Positions 20,421 through 32,899 are shown, numbered from the stretch's first letter. The stretch is 64,000 nt of DNA from an uncultured Gemmatimonadales bacterium (GCA_963798085.1 CAWCRS010000001.1:64001-128000); one strand, 5' to 3'. Translations and numbers: made by a program. The notes: generated from the letters alone by a model not told the origin.

Positions 20421-21199
20421 TGGGCGCGCTCGATCGTCTGGTCTCGCGCACCCTGGAGAGCGCGCCCGTGGCCCGGCCCGTGCTGACACCACTGTTCGCA
20501 GCACCCGGCCCGCCGCCGCCATTGCCCGGCCTGCCCGTACCGGAGGCTCGCGGTGCCGTCCCTGCCGGTCGCGCAACCGCCGAGCCGCGGTCGAGCGATC
20601 GGCCGGCAGGCGCCCGCGCAGAGCGACTCTCGCTCGAGGAATGGCTCGACTCCCCGGCCCGGCAGGCCAGCGCATCCGACCGCTTCACGCGCGCGGTTTT
20701 GTCAGCGGGCGAGGCTGACGCGAATGTTGCGCGCCCGCGGGGTGCAGCGTGGGCGGATCCCGCAGAGAGTGCGGCTCACGTGGCGGCGGTACGCGAGACC
20801 GTGCCCACCGGGTCGGCGCCGCGTGCGCCCATCGCCGACGCCGTCACGCAGGGCGGCGATGCGGCGCAGGCCGCGCGTGGGTCGGCCGCCGAGGCGATCG
20901 ACAGGCTGGCCCGCCGCCTGGACGCGCGCGAAGCGCAGGATGGCGCACGCCCCGCTCCACGGATTGCAGGCGACGATGCCGCCTCGGCTCGCCGGCCCGC
21001 TGCCGCGAACCCGCCGGTCGTCTTCGAACAGTCCGTTAGCAGCGCTGCCGGCGCGCCTGCGGAAGCGCCGGTGGTGCGGGTGAGCATTGGCCGCGTGCTG
21101 GTGCGCGCCATCCTGCCGCCGCCTTCGCCTCGACCCGCGGCGCGACCGGGCCCGGCCGGACCCACGCTCGAGGAGTACCTGCGCGGAGGCCGGCGATGA
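20420..21199 (+). CDS. eCIS-associated Ala/Pro-rich hypothetical protein
   Basis: Overlaps both neighbours; low complexity with C-terminal VRVSIGRVLVRA...TLEEYL. Confidence 0.7.
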   Translation: MGALDRLVSRTLESAPVARPVLTPLFAAPGPPPPLPGLPVPEARGAVPAGRATAEPRSSDRPAGARAERLSLEEWLDSPARQASASDRFTRAVLSAGEADANVARPRGAAWADPAESAAHVAAVRETVPTGSAPRAPIADAVTQGGDAAQAARGSAAEAIDRLARRLDAREAQDGARPAPRIAGDDAASARRPAAANPPVVFEQSVSSAAGAPAEAPVVRVSIGRVLVRAILPPPSPRPAARPGPAGPTLEEYLRGGRR

Positions 21200-22505
21200 G
21201 CAATGCGCTGTGCATTGCCACGGTCACGTCGACACTGCGGCGCGAACTGACGCTCGCACTGACGGCGAACGTGGCCGGTCGCGTGCCCAACACCACGGTC
21301 ACGACCCTGCGGCCGGACCGCGTGCAGAATCCGCTCGCCGATCCCACTGTCAATCTGTTCCTCTACGCGGTGACGCCGGACCCGTCGTTCCGCAACGTGG
21401 ATCTGCCCACGCGCAGCAGCAACGGCCGGCTGACGGCGGGAAACCGCGTCGCGCTCGACATGCACTACCTGCTCACGTTCCACGGCGATGATGCCACGCT
21501 CGTGCCGCAGCGGCTGCTGGCCATTACCGCGAGAACGCTGCACGCGCACCCCGTGCTGACGGCGCAGATGATCCGTGACACGGTGGCGGACGCGGCGACG
21601 TTTCCGTTCCTGGCCGGCGCCGACCTGGATCAGGCCGATGAGCCCGTGCGCATCACGCCCGCGCCGCTGACGCTCGAGGAGACATCGAAGTTCTGGGCCA
21701 TGTTCCCGCAGACGTCGGCCGCGCCATCACTGAGTTACATCGCGGCCGCCGTGCTGGTCGCTGCCGAGGCGCAGCCGGCGGCAGGACCGCCGGTACGGCT
21801 GCGCAATGTCTACGTGGTGCCGGCCGCACAGCCGTTCATCGAGCGCGTTACTGGGCCGGCCGGCATCAACGACCCGCTCGTCGCGAGCAGTACGCTGGTC
21901 ATCAGCGGACGTGCGCTGCGCGCCGATATCACACAGCTGCGCGTGGAGGCGGCCACCATCGATGTAGTGTCCAATCCAGCGGGCACGGAGATCCGCGTGC
22001 CGGTGCCCGCGACCGTACTCGCCGGACTGCGGGGCGCGCAGATCATCCAGCCGCAGCAGCTGGGCACACCGCCGGTGCCGCACCGCGGCATGGAATCCAA
22101 CGTCGCGCCGTTCCTGCTGCGGCCCGCGATCGCGCAGGACAATCCCGGCAACTTCCTGGTCTCGGCCGGCAACATCGTTGCGGGTGCGGGCAATCTGCGT
22201 ACGGCTGACATCACGTTCACCGTGACGCCCGCGGTGGGCAAGCGGCAGCGCATGCTGCTCTACCTGATCGAGCGGCTGCCGCCTGCGGATCGCGCGCCGC
22301 GCGTGTTCGCGGTCGTAGCGCCATCGCGTGACGTGCCGGCCGAACCTGAGACGCGCGCGGTGTTCACGCTCACGGCCGCGAACATCGAGGCCGGTGATTA
22401 CGTGGCCAGGCTGCAGGTGGATGGCGCCGACAGCACGTTCGTCGCCGACGCCGATCCGCAGAGCCCCACGTTCAACCAGTTCATTGCGCCCCGCGTGCAG
22501 GTCCC

Positions 22506-22509
<4 letters not shown>
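21196..22509 (+). CDS. DUF4255 / Afp16-Pvc16-like cap (tail terminator) protein with C-terminal Ig-like extension
   Basis: MSNALCIATVT, VNLFLYAV...FRN, LDMHYLLT, PSLSY. Confidence 0.9.
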
Positions 22510-24508
<1,999 letters not shown>

Positions 24509-24512
<4 letters not shown>

Positions 24513-24808
24513 GCGCGCACGCCGCGACCCGCCGGCCACAGCATGGCTCGCCCTCTCGGCCGCCGCGGTACGAGCTGCACATCGAGGAAGTCGTACTCGA
24601 GGGCTTCGACTCGCTGCCGGAACGAGCACTGCGCACAGCAATCGAGCAGGAGCTGACTCGCCTGTTCCGCGAGCGCGGCGGGCGGGCGGGCGGGCGGGAC
24701 CTCGCAGTGGACCGCGTCGATGCGGGCGCCTTCCAGGCCACCAATGTGCGCGCCGCACCTCTGGGCGCCAGCATCGCAAACGCGGTGTTCGACGGGTTGC
24801 CACGATGA
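24509..24808 (+). CDS. Small eCIS-associated hypothetical protein (99 aa)
   Basis: ATGA overlaps at both ends; ELHIEEVVLEGF...AIEQELTRL. Confidence 0.7.
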
Positions 24809-26079
24809 GTGAGCGCGCCGCCGTGCAGACTGCAACGCCCGTCCCGTCGAGTGCGGCACGCGCCGCTTCACCGGTGCGGCTGCTGCGCCGCAAGTGCGGC
24901 TGCGGCGGCGACCACGAAGGCGAGTGCGACGAGTGCAGGAAGAAGCGCATGGGCACCGTGCAGCGCTCGGCAATCGATGCCGCGTCGCTGGATCGCATTC
25001 CGCAAGAGGTCGACGAAGAGCTGGCGCGCGCCGGCACGACACTCGAGCCGGGTGTGCGCCGCTTCATGGAGCAGCGCTTCGGCCACGACTTCGGCACTGT
25101 GCGCGTGCACAGCAATGCGCGGGCCGCCGCGTCCGCTGATGCCGTGCGGGCACGGGCCTACACGGTGGGCTCTGACGTCGTGTTTGCCGCCGGCCAGTAC
25201 CAGCCGGAGACCGGTGAGGGGCGGCGCCTGCTGGCGCACGAGCTGACCCACGTCGTGCAGCAGTCGGGCAGTGCCTCGCCGGCCGCGGATTCCGCCACGG
25301 CGGAAGCCCGTGACGAAGCGGAAGCGGTGCGCGCCGAACACATGGTCGCGGCGTCGTCGCCTGCACCCGTTGCGGTTTCTTCCTCGCCCGGCAGCGCGCT
25401 GCGCCGGCAGGGTGGCGGCACGCAGGGGCAGCCTGCGCCGAAGAAGCCCAGCGCGATCGAGAAGCTTACGCACCTGACCTTCCATCTCGGTGATGCCACC
25501 TTCGAGATCGACCTGCCTTCCTCCGTCTCAGCGACCCTGCCCATTGAGCTGTCCGGCAGGACGAAGATCACGTTCGCGCTGAAAGGCACGACATCGGGCG
25601 CGTTCACCTTCACGGCCACGCTCGACGGCATTCCCCACGTGCGCATCATCGCGAAGGCCGGCGTCGAAGTGGGCGACAAGTCGAAGGCCACCGCGGGCAT
25701 CACGGTCGAAGCCACGCGCAAGGTCTGCCGCGTGAAGAACGAAGGCGAGATGCGCAAGGATCTGCAGAGTGCGGGCGACAAGCTCAAGAGCGCGATCGTC
25801 GACTTTCAGAAGCTGCCCGACGCCCTGGCGGGTGTGAGCGATGAGGTGGAGCGCGCGAAGATCATTGGTACGCGGGCGGGTGCAGTCGGCTCGGCCATTG
25901 GCGCAGTGAACAGCGCCATCGAGAAGGCGAAGGCGCCCTGCAAGGAGACGCCGGTGTTCTCGTTCGATTTCGGCGTGCAGGCGCCACTGCAGCCGGCGCA
26001 GCCGGACTTCTTCGGCCCCGGCTCCTCGGCGCCGCCCATGGGCCCATCCGTGGGCGCCACCTTCACGTGGCATTTCTAA
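24805..26079 (+). CDS. DUF4157 (eCIS core) domain protein with uncharacterised C-terminal domain
   Basis: RRKCGCGG..CDEC, FMEQRFGHDFGTVRVH, ARAYTVGSDVVF, LLAHELTHVVQQ. Confidence 0.93.
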   Translation: MSERAAVQTATPVPSSAARAASPVRLLRRKCGCGGDHEGECDECRKKRMGTVQRSAIDAASLDRIPQEVDEELARAGTTLEPGVRRFMEQRFGHDFGTVRVHSNARAAASADAVRARAYTVGSDVVFAAGQYQPETGEGRRLLAHELTHVVQQSGSASPAADSATAEARDEAEAVRAEHMVAASSPAPVAVSSSPGSALRRQGGGTQGQPAPKKPSAIEKLTHLTFHLGDATFEIDLPSSVSATLPIELSGRTKITFALKGTTSGAFTFTATLDGIPHVRIIAKAGVEVGDKSKATAGITVEATRKVCRVKNEGEMRKDLQSAGDKLKSAIVDFQKLPDALAGVSDEVERAKIIGTRAGAVGSAIGAVNSAIEKAKAPCKETPVFSFDFGVQAPLQPAQPDFFGPGSSAPPMGPSVGATFTWHF

Positions 26080-26083
26080 CGCC

Positions 26084-27043
26084 ATGTTGAGCGCCTGCCG
26101 CCTCCGTTGCAGCGCCGTCGCGCGCACGAGCGTAATGCCGGTGCTGCGCCGCACCTCGCATGCGCCGTTGATGCTGCACGGCGCAGTACGCGCCGCTGCC
26201 GATGGCGCCGCGAACGCTGCGCCGCTGCTCGCGCCCGCAACACACGATTTCGGACGCGTACTGGTGAGCAGCCGCGGTCATGGCGGCTTCGGTGATGGCG
26301 GCGACAAGCCGGTGGTCGCGGACAAGGGCAAGGAAGGCGAGCAGGGCAAGGACGCCGGCCCGGGCTCCGCAGGAACGCCGGCACCACCCGTCACATGCGT
26401 GCCCGACAAGGCGCTCGACTTCACGGACTACACGGGCACCGCACCGTCGGGCACGGGACACGCCGGCAAGACCACGTACGACTTCAATGTCGTGAGCGGC
26501 ACGGGCGGCGATGTCATCCAGGCGAAGTTCGCTGGCGCCAGCTCGTGGCTGCGGTCCGACGTCCTCAACGGCGGCGACCGCAATGCCAACGGCTGCGCCG
26601 GTATAACAACGGATTGCGAGGCCAGCTTCACCCAGGAAGGCGACTATTACGAGCTGGATTCGCGACCCGTCCCGGGGTGCGCCGCGAGCGAGCGCTACCC
26701 GGCCGGCACGAAGGCGATGAAGAAGAGCGAGTGCCGCTCCAAAGTCGAACCCGTGTGCATGACAACGAAGAAGAAAGAGGCCGCGCGCGTGCTGCACCAT
26801 GAGCAGAGGCACCTCGACCTGGGCTGCGCGCTGGCCGCCATGGGCACGGCCGCCATTGCCGCGGGCAGCAGCTCGAGTGCAGCGCTGGACCAGGTCAAGT
26901 ACACGGATGGTGTGCTGACCGCGAAATACGACAGCGAAGCGAAGAACGGTTGTGATGCCACTGCGCAGACCAAGTGGGACACCGAGATCGGCGGCGGACT
27001 GCCGTCGTACAAACTCATGACGAGGCCGAAGAAGAAGAAATGA
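26084..27043 (+). CDS. Cys-rich HExxH protein, DUF922-like putative Zn protease; candidate cargo
   Basis: HDFGRVLV near the N-terminus; LDFTDYTG, LHHEQRHLD, YDSEAKNG...QTKWDTEI; start codon uncertain. Confidence 0.7.
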   Translation: MLSACRLRCSAVARTSVMPVLRRTSHAPLMLHGAVRAAADGAANAAPLLAPATHDFGRVLVSSRGHGGFGDGGDKPVVADKGKEGEQGKDAGPGSAGTPAPPVTCVPDKALDFTDYTGTAPSGTGHAGKTTYDFNVVSGTGGDVIQAKFAGASSWLRSDVLNGGDRNANGCAGITTDCEASFTQEGDYYELDSRPVPGCAASERYPAGTKAMKKSECRSKVEPVCMTTKKKEAARVLHHEQRHLDLGCALAAMGTAAIAAGSSSSAALDQVKYTDGVLTAKYDSEAKNGCDATAQTKWDTEIGGGLPSYKLMTRPKKKK

Positions 27044-27699
27044 GCACGTTCCCCGGTTCACCGCGTGTGCTCAAGGCGGGCCTCGTGCTGCTGGATCCGG
27101 ACACGGCCGCGGTGCAGCGCGTCATTGTGCTGCAGTACAACCCGGACTCGCTGTCGCGCACACTGCAGATCCAGTCGGTGGGCGGCACCGAGGCGGAGCG
27201 CTCCGATGTCGTGCGGCTCAAGGCGCCGCCCATCGAGACGTTCAAGCTGGATGCCGAGCTGGATGCGACCGACCAGCTCGAGCATCCCGACCAGAATCCG
27301 AACGCGGTGGAGGTCGGCATCCTGCCCGAGCTGGCCGCGCTGGAAACACTGCTCTATCCCACGAGCAGCCGGCTGCAGACGGTCGATGCGCTGGCGAGGT
27401 CCGGCACGCTCGAGATCACGCCGCAGGAGGCGCCGCTGGCGCTGCTGGTGTGGAGCCGCGAGCGCGTGGTGCCGGTGCGCGTCACGGACTTCAGTGTGAC
27501 CGAGGAAGCCTTCGATCCCTCGCTCAATCCGCTGCGCGCCAGGGTCAGCCTCGGATTCCGCGCGCTGAGCATTGCCGACCTGCCTTCCGGCCACCGCGGC
27601 GCCACGCTGTTCCTGAGTTATCTGCAGCGCAAGGAACGGCTGGCGCAGCGCAGTCCCTCTCGCCCGCTCGGCTCGCTGGGCGTGGAATCGATCTCGTGA
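27040..27699 (+). CDS. CIS tube-initiator-like protein (Afp7 N-terminal equivalent)
   Basis: LQYNPDSLSRTL, LLVWS..RVVPVRVTDFSVTEEAFDPSLNPLRA; position at the start of the baseplate block. Confidence 0.8.
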   Translation: MSTFPGSPRVLKAGLVLLDPDTAAVQRVIVLQYNPDSLSRTLQIQSVGGTEAERSDVVRLKAPPIETFKLDAELDATDQLEHPDQNPNAVEVGILPELAALETLLYPTSSRLQTVDALARSGTLEITPQEAPLALLVWSRERVVPVRVTDFSVTEEAFDPSLNPLRARVSLGFRALSIADLPSGHRGATLFLSYLQRKERLAQRSPSRPLGSLGVESIS

Positions 27700-27708
27700 G
27701 GAGGCCGG

Positions 27709-28020
27709 ATGCTGCCGCCTGACAGCCGCTACAGCACGATTTCCACCGCCACGTACACCCGCGCGGATGGCGTGACAATCGTGTACCTGCGACGCCGGTT
27801 GTTGCCCGATCCGGAACGGCTCGCGCAGATCGCCCTGCACGCCGTGGTCGCGGGCGAGCGCCCCGACCTGGTCGCCGCACGTTATTACGCTAACCCGGCC
27901 TTATGGTGGCGCATCGCCAATGCCAATGGCGTGCACGATCCCGCCGAGCTGACCGATACGCCCGGAAGGCGGCTGCGCATCACGCTGCCCGAAGGCATTC
28001 CGGGGCCGGCCCATGCGTGA
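27709..28020 (+). CDS. LysM-domain baseplate protein
   Basis: HAVVAGERPDLVAARYY..PALWWRIANAN. Confidence 0.88.
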   Translation: MLPPDSRYSTISTATYTRADGVTIVYLRRRLLPDPERLAQIALHAVVAGERPDLVAARYYANPALWWRIANANGVHDPAELTDTPGRRLRITLPEGIPGPAHA

Positions 28021-29141
28021 CGCCATGCTGCTCACGCTCATGGTCGGGCCCGGTGTGCCCGTGCCTGTGCCCCGCTCGGTGCTGGACGCGCTGACTTCCG
28101 TCCGCGTCATCACCGACTCGGGCGAAACCATGAGCGGCTTCGAGCTGACCTTCACCATGGACGCGCGCTCCCCGCTGCAGACGCTGTTTCTGCTCGCAGG
28201 CGGATCGCTGCCGCCCATCTTCCGCGTCGTGCTGGTAGCCACGGTCAATGGTATTGCCGAAGTGCTGATCGATGGCGTGATGACCAGCCAGCGCACGGCG
28301 CAGGCCGATGATGGCAAGGTCACGCTCACCGTGACGGGCAAGGACCTGCTCGCCGTGCTCGACTACCTGCCGCCCCTGCCCATTCCCTGGCCCGCCATGC
28401 CCGCGGAAGTGCGTGTGCTCGCCATTCTCGCGAAGTATGCGGTGTTAGGCGTTGTGCCGCTGGTCATTCCCAGCATCATGGTCAATGTGCCCATACCCAC
28501 GGACCGCATACCGCGGCAGCAGGGCACGGATCTCGAGTACGTAAAGGCGCTCGCGGATGAAGTGGGCTACGTCTTCTACCTGAAGCCGGGGCCGGTGCCG
28601 GGCATGAGCGTGGCCTACTGGGGACCCGAGATCAAGGTGGGCGCGCCGCAGTCCGCGCTGACGCTCGATGTCGAGAACAACCGCAACGCCATTTCCATTT
28701 CGTTCAGCTTCAATGCGGAAGCCGCCGAGCTGCCCATTGTCTGGATCCAGGAGCCCATCTCCGAAGGTGCCCATCGGTATTCCCATACCCGACATCACGC
28801 CGCTGAATCCGCCGCTCGCCGCGATTCCGCCGATCCCGAAGAAGTTTCCGGCCATCGATGAGACGGCGAAGTACTCGCCCGTGCGCGCACTGCTCGTGGG
28901 CCTGGCCAGGGCTGCACAGCGCGCCAATGTCACCACCGGCGATGGTTCCCTCGATGTGCTGCGCTACGGCAGGCTGCTGCGGGCGAGGGAGCTGGTGGGC
29001 GTGCGCGGCGCCGGGACCGCGTTCGATGGACTGTACTACGTCTCGCGCGTCACGCACGAGATCGGCCGCGGCGCGTACACGCAGAGCTTCACACTGAAGC
29101 GCAACGGCCTCGTCTCCAATGTTCCGCAGGTACCGGTATGA
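28013..29141 (+). pseudogene. Baseplate hub (gp27 / late-control-D / VgrG N-terminal-like) with a +1 frameshift at ~28762 (real lesion or sequencing error)
   Basis: First frame reads to IQEPIS, then the next frame continues KVPIGIPIPDITPLNPP...GLYYVSRVTHEI...QSFTLKRNG; span 1129 nt = 3n+1; both ends overlap neighbours. Confidence 0.8.
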
Positions 29142-29653
29142 GCATTCCGCAGCGCTTCTATGGCAAGTATCGCGGCACGGTGATCAACAATATCGATCCC
29201 ATGCAGCTGGGCCGCGTGCAGGTAATGGTGCCTGATGTGTCGCAGGTGGTGCCCACCAGCTGGGCGATGCCGTGCATGCCGTTCACGGGCAAGCAGATGG
29301 GCATGTGGGTGCTGCCGCAGATCGGCGCCGGTGTGTGGGTCGAGTTCGAGCAGGGCGATCCCGACTATCCCATCTGGGCCGGCTGCTGGTGGGGCTCCGC
29401 CGCGGAGCCGCCCGCACTCGCGCTGGCCGCGCCACCCGCCGTTCCTAACTTCGTCATACAGACGCAGGCGCAGAACACGCTGATGATCAGCGATGTGCCC
29501 GGCCCCACCGGCGGCATCCTGCTGAAGACCACGACCGGTGCCATGATTTCCGTGAATGACATCGGCATCACGATCTCGAACGGCAAGGGCGCGACCATCA
29601 TTCTGGCCGGCCCGACGGTGACGATCAACCAGGGCGCACTGGCGGTGACCTGA
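29138..29653 (+). CDS. Spike protein (gp5/GpV OB-fold, VgrG C-terminal equivalent)
   Basis: FYGKYRGTV..NIDP..LGRVQV.VP, WAMPC, PQIGAGVWVEFEQGDPDYPIW. Confidence 0.92.
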   Translation: MSIPQRFYGKYRGTVINNIDPMQLGRVQVMVPDVSQVVPTSWAMPCMPFTGKQMGMWVLPQIGAGVWVEFEQGDPDYPIWAGCWWGSAAEPPALALAAPPAVPNFVIQTQAQNTLMISDVPGPTGGILLKTTTGAMISVNDIGITISNGKGATIILAGPTVTINQGALAVT

Positions 29654-29988
29654 TGCCCGGACCCCTCGCCCATCTCGGCATGGTGGCCATCTGCCCGCAC
29701 GGCGGCCAGCTCAGTGAGATCACAACCAACGCGCGGGTCCTGGTGAGCGGCCAGCCTGTCGTGACCGTGGCGGATCAGTACCCGATCGCGGGCTGCACTT
29801 TCACGCTGCCCGGGCCCAAGCCATCGCCCTGCATCCGCGCGCAATGGCTGACGCCCGCGCTGCGCGTCCTGGTCAATGGACAGCCGCCCATTCTCCAGAC
29901 CAGCAGCGGGCTCTGCCTGTCGCCGGAGCAGGCGCCGCAGGGGCCGCCCACGATCATTACCACGCAACCGCGTGTGATCGGCACATGA
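29653..29988 (+). CDS. PAAR-like (DUF4280-type) spike tip
   Basis: CPHGG, IAGC.F, PC...W, VLVNGQP, four Cys; follows the spike gene. Confidence 0.8.
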   Translation: MPGPLAHLGMVAICPHGGQLSEITTNARVLVSGQPVVTVADQYPIAGCTFTLPGPKPSPCIRAQWLTPALRVLVNGQPPILQTSSGLCLSPEQAPQGPPTIITTQPRVIGT

Positions 29989-30344
29989 ACCTCGACTTTC
30001 CGCTCGGCTTCGATGGCCGCGGCCGTAGCGCCGCGACGACGCCCGAGGAACACGTGCGCGACCTCATTGAGCAGGTGCTCTTCACTTCGCCGGGTGAGCG
30101 GGTGATGCGGCCGGACTTCGGCAGCGGACTCATGCAGCTGGTCTTCGCACCCGTGGGTGGCGAGATCGCCGCCGCTACGCAGATGCTGGTGCAGAGTTCG
30201 CTGCAGCACTGGCTGGGCGACCTGATCGATGTCGAGGCGGTCGATGCCAGCTTCGATGATGGCGTGCTCAGCGTCAGCGTGCAGTACACGCTGCGCCAGA
30301 GCGGCGAGCGGGCTGTGGCCGAATTCGCGAGGCCCGCGACATGA
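29985..30344 (+). CDS. gp25/GpW baseplate protein (Afp9-like)
   Basis: IEQVLFTSPGERVMRPDFGSGL. Confidence 0.93.
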   Translation: MNLDFPLGFDGRGRSAATTPEEHVRDLIEQVLFTSPGERVMRPDFGSGLMQLVFAPVGGEIAAATQMLVQSSLQHWLGDLIDVEAVDASFDDGVLSVSVQYTLRQSGERAVAEFARPAT

Positions 30345-32899
30345 CGCGCTACCGCTGCGCGGACGATGAGCGCCGCGCCCGCCTGCTCGAGCAGATCACC
30401 GGCACACCGCAGATTCCGCCGGTGCCGCCGGCCAGTGCCATCAACGGCATTGATTTCCTGGAAGTCGACGACGATCCCGCCGACCCGCTCGCCGACCGCC
30501 AGCGCACACTGCACGTCCACTTCCTGTTCGACGTCGCGCCGCTCGGCCTGACCGTCGACAACCTGCAGCTCGAGGGTGGCGAGCGCATCCGCAACGTGCA
30601 GATCGAGGCGGGCACGTTCGCGACCGCTGGCAATGTCGTGACGTTCGAGGTGGACGAGGCCGGCGACTTCTCGCCGTACACGCTGCGTCTCGTCAACTCC
30701 GCGGTGGACATCACGCCACCGCCCGGCTGCGATCCCATCCTTTCCGCAGTGACGTTCAGCTTCAAGGCTGGCTGTCCGAGCGATTTCGACTGTCGCGATG
30801 CGACGACATGCGCGCCTGTTCCGCCGCCGGCGACGGCTCCTGACATCGACTATCGCGCCCGCGACTTCAATGCCTTGCGCACGCTCATGCTGGACCGCCT
30901 GGCTGTGCTCTCGCCGGCGTGGACCGAGCGCAATCCCGCAGACCTCGGTGTGATGCTGGTCGAGGCACTCGCATACGTCGGCGATCAGCTGAGCTACCGC
31001 CAGGACGCGGTCGCCACGGAAGCGTACCTGCACACCGCGCGCAGCCGCATTTCTGTGCGCCGTCACGTCCGCCTGGTCGATTATCAGCTCCGCAATGGGT
31101 GCAACGCGCGCGCCTTCGTGCAGCTGCAGGCGAACGCCGACGGCGTGCTCGTTCCTGCCGCGACACCGCTGCTCACGGCGATCACGGGCCAGCCCGCACG
31201 CCTCGACGCGCTGCCGGCAGGGCTCGATCAGTCGGATGCGCCCGCCGTCTTCCTGACCCTGATGCCGGTAACGCTGACGCAGGCGCACGACACCATGGGC
31301 TTCTACACCTGGGGCGGGCGCGACTGCTGTCTGCGGCAGGGTGCGACCAGCGCCACGTTGCGCGGCGCTTTTCCTGGTCTGGTGCGCGGCACATTCCTTG
31401 TGTTAGCCGAAGCGAAGGGCCCGCGCACGGGCGAGGCAGAGGATGCGGATCCGACGCGTCGCTGCGTGGTGCGCCTGACGCGTGATGCACGCATCACCGT
31501 CGACCCGATCGGCGGCCGCTTCGATTCGCCGCCCACCGGCAATCCGGTCACGCTCACCGAAATCGAGTGGAGTGTCGCCGACGCGCTGCCCTTCACGCTC
31601 TGGATCAGCGGCACCGCGGATGCCGAGCACCTGGGCGTGGCCATCGACGACATCAGCGTCGCGCACGGCAACATCGTGCCCGCGGACCACGGCCGCCCGG
31701 TGACTGGCGAGCTGTTAGGCGATGTGCCCGGCGGTCTGCTGCGTGTGGGCGGGCGCACGGCATGCTGCACCGTGCTGGACGACACCCTGGTTCCACCGCG
31801 CTTCCGCCCCCGCCTTGCCGAAGCGCCGCTGACGCGCGCCATCACGCTCGACCTGAGCGTGCCGTCGCCGCCGGTCTCTGGTGAGGCCGACACGCTGCTG
31901 TCCGCGCAGGCCTTCGCGACCGCGACCGCCGATCAGGCCGAGCCTGTGATCGGGCTCGATACCGTGGAAGCCGTTCCCGAACCCTGGAGCCCGGTGTCGG
32001 ATCTGCTGGCCAGCGGCGAGGACGATGCGTCGTTCGTCGTCGAGAGCGAGAGCAATGGCGCGTCGTATCTGCGTTTTGGCGATGACACGTTCGGCCGGCG
32101 CCCCGCCGCAGGCACGGCTTTCGTTGCGAACTACCGTGTTGGCAACGGCAACAGCGGCAATGTCGGGCTGGCGGCGATCCGTCACGTGGTCAGCACCGAT
32201 GGCCGGCTGACGGGCGCAGCCAACCTGCTGCCTGCTGCCGGTGGCATCGAACCCGAGACCATCGCGGAAGCGCGTCTGCGCGCGCCCGTCGCGTTCCGCA
32301 CGCAGGAGCGTGCCGTCACACCCGACGACTACGCGCGTCTCGCGGAGACGCACCCGGAAGTGCAGCGTGCCGCGGCCGCGTTCCGCTGGACCGGCAGCTG
32401 GCGCACGGTATTCCTGACCGTGGATCGCGTCGGCGGCCTGCCCATCGATGATACATTCGAGGCGACGATGCGTCGTCATCTGGAACGCTATCGTCTGACC
32501 GGCCACGACCTCGAGATCGAGACGCCGGATTTCGTATCCCTCGAGATCGCCATGGATGTCTGTGCGGGGCCGGAACGCGCGGCGTCGGATGTGCGACGCG
32601 AGCTGCTCGACATCTTCAGCGCGCGTCAGCTGCCCGATGGCCGCCGCGGTCTCTTCCACCCCGACGCGCTGACGTTCGGCCAGACAGTGTTCCTCAGCCG
32701 TCTCTACTCGGCGGCGCAGAAGGTCGCCGCCGTGCGCACGGTGTCCATCACCACGTTCCAGCGGCAGAGCCAGCCGCTGTCGTCGGGCATTACCTCGGGC
32801 CGTCTGGAATTTGCGCGCACGGAGATCGCCCGCCTCGACAATGATCCCGATTTCCCCGAGCACGGCGTGCTGACCATAACCGTGGGAGGTGGCCGGTGA
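30341..32899 (+). CDS. Baseplate J/gp6-like wedge protein 1 (Afp11-like)
   Basis: IDYRARDF, WTERNPADLG, YRQDAVATEAYL.TA, LRFGD, YRVGNG, RAVTPDDY. Confidence 0.92.
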   Translation: MTRYRCADDERRARLLEQITGTPQIPPVPPASAINGIDFLEVDDDPADPLADRQRTLHVHFLFDVAPLGLTVDNLQLEGGERIRNVQIEAGTFATAGNVVTFEVDEAGDFSPYTLRLVNSAVDITPPPGCDPILSAVTFSFKAGCPSDFDCRDATTCAPVPPPATAPDIDYRARDFNALRTLMLDRLAVLSPAWTERNPADLGVMLVEALAYVGDQLSYRQDAVATEAYLHTARSRISVRRHVRLVDYQLRNGCNARAFVQLQANADGVLVPAATPLLTAITGQPARLDALPAGLDQSDAPAVFLTLMPVTLTQAHDTMGFYTWGGRDCCLRQGATSATLRGAFPGLVRGTFLVLAEAKGPRTGEAEDADPTRRCVVRLTRDARITVDPIGGRFDSPPTGNPVTLTEIEWSVADALPFTLWISGTADAEHLGVAIDDISVAHGNIVPADHGRPVTGELLGDVPGGLLRVGGRTACCTVLDDTLVPPRFRPRLAEAPLTRAITLDLSVPSPPVSGEADTLLSAQAFATATADQAEPVIGLDTVEAVPEPWSPVSDLLASGEDDASFVVESESNGASYLRFGDDTFGRRPAAGTAFVANYRVGNGNSGNVGLAAIRHVVSTDGRLTGAANLLPAAGGIEPETIAEARLRAPVAFRTQERAVTPDDYARLAETHPEVQRAAAAFRWTGSWRTVFLTVDRVGGLPIDDTFEATMRRHLERYRLTGHDLEIETPDFVSLEIAMDVCAGPERAASDVRRELLDIFSARQLPDGRRGLFHPDALTFGQTVFLSRLYSAAQKVAAVRTVSITTFQRQSQPLSSGITSGRLEFARTEIARLDNDPDFPEHGVLTITVGGGR

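Noticed and set aside
28755..28770. Programmed ribosomal frameshift in the hub gene
   Set aside because: No X XXY YYZ slippery site or obvious stimulatory structure; an indel is more parsimonious
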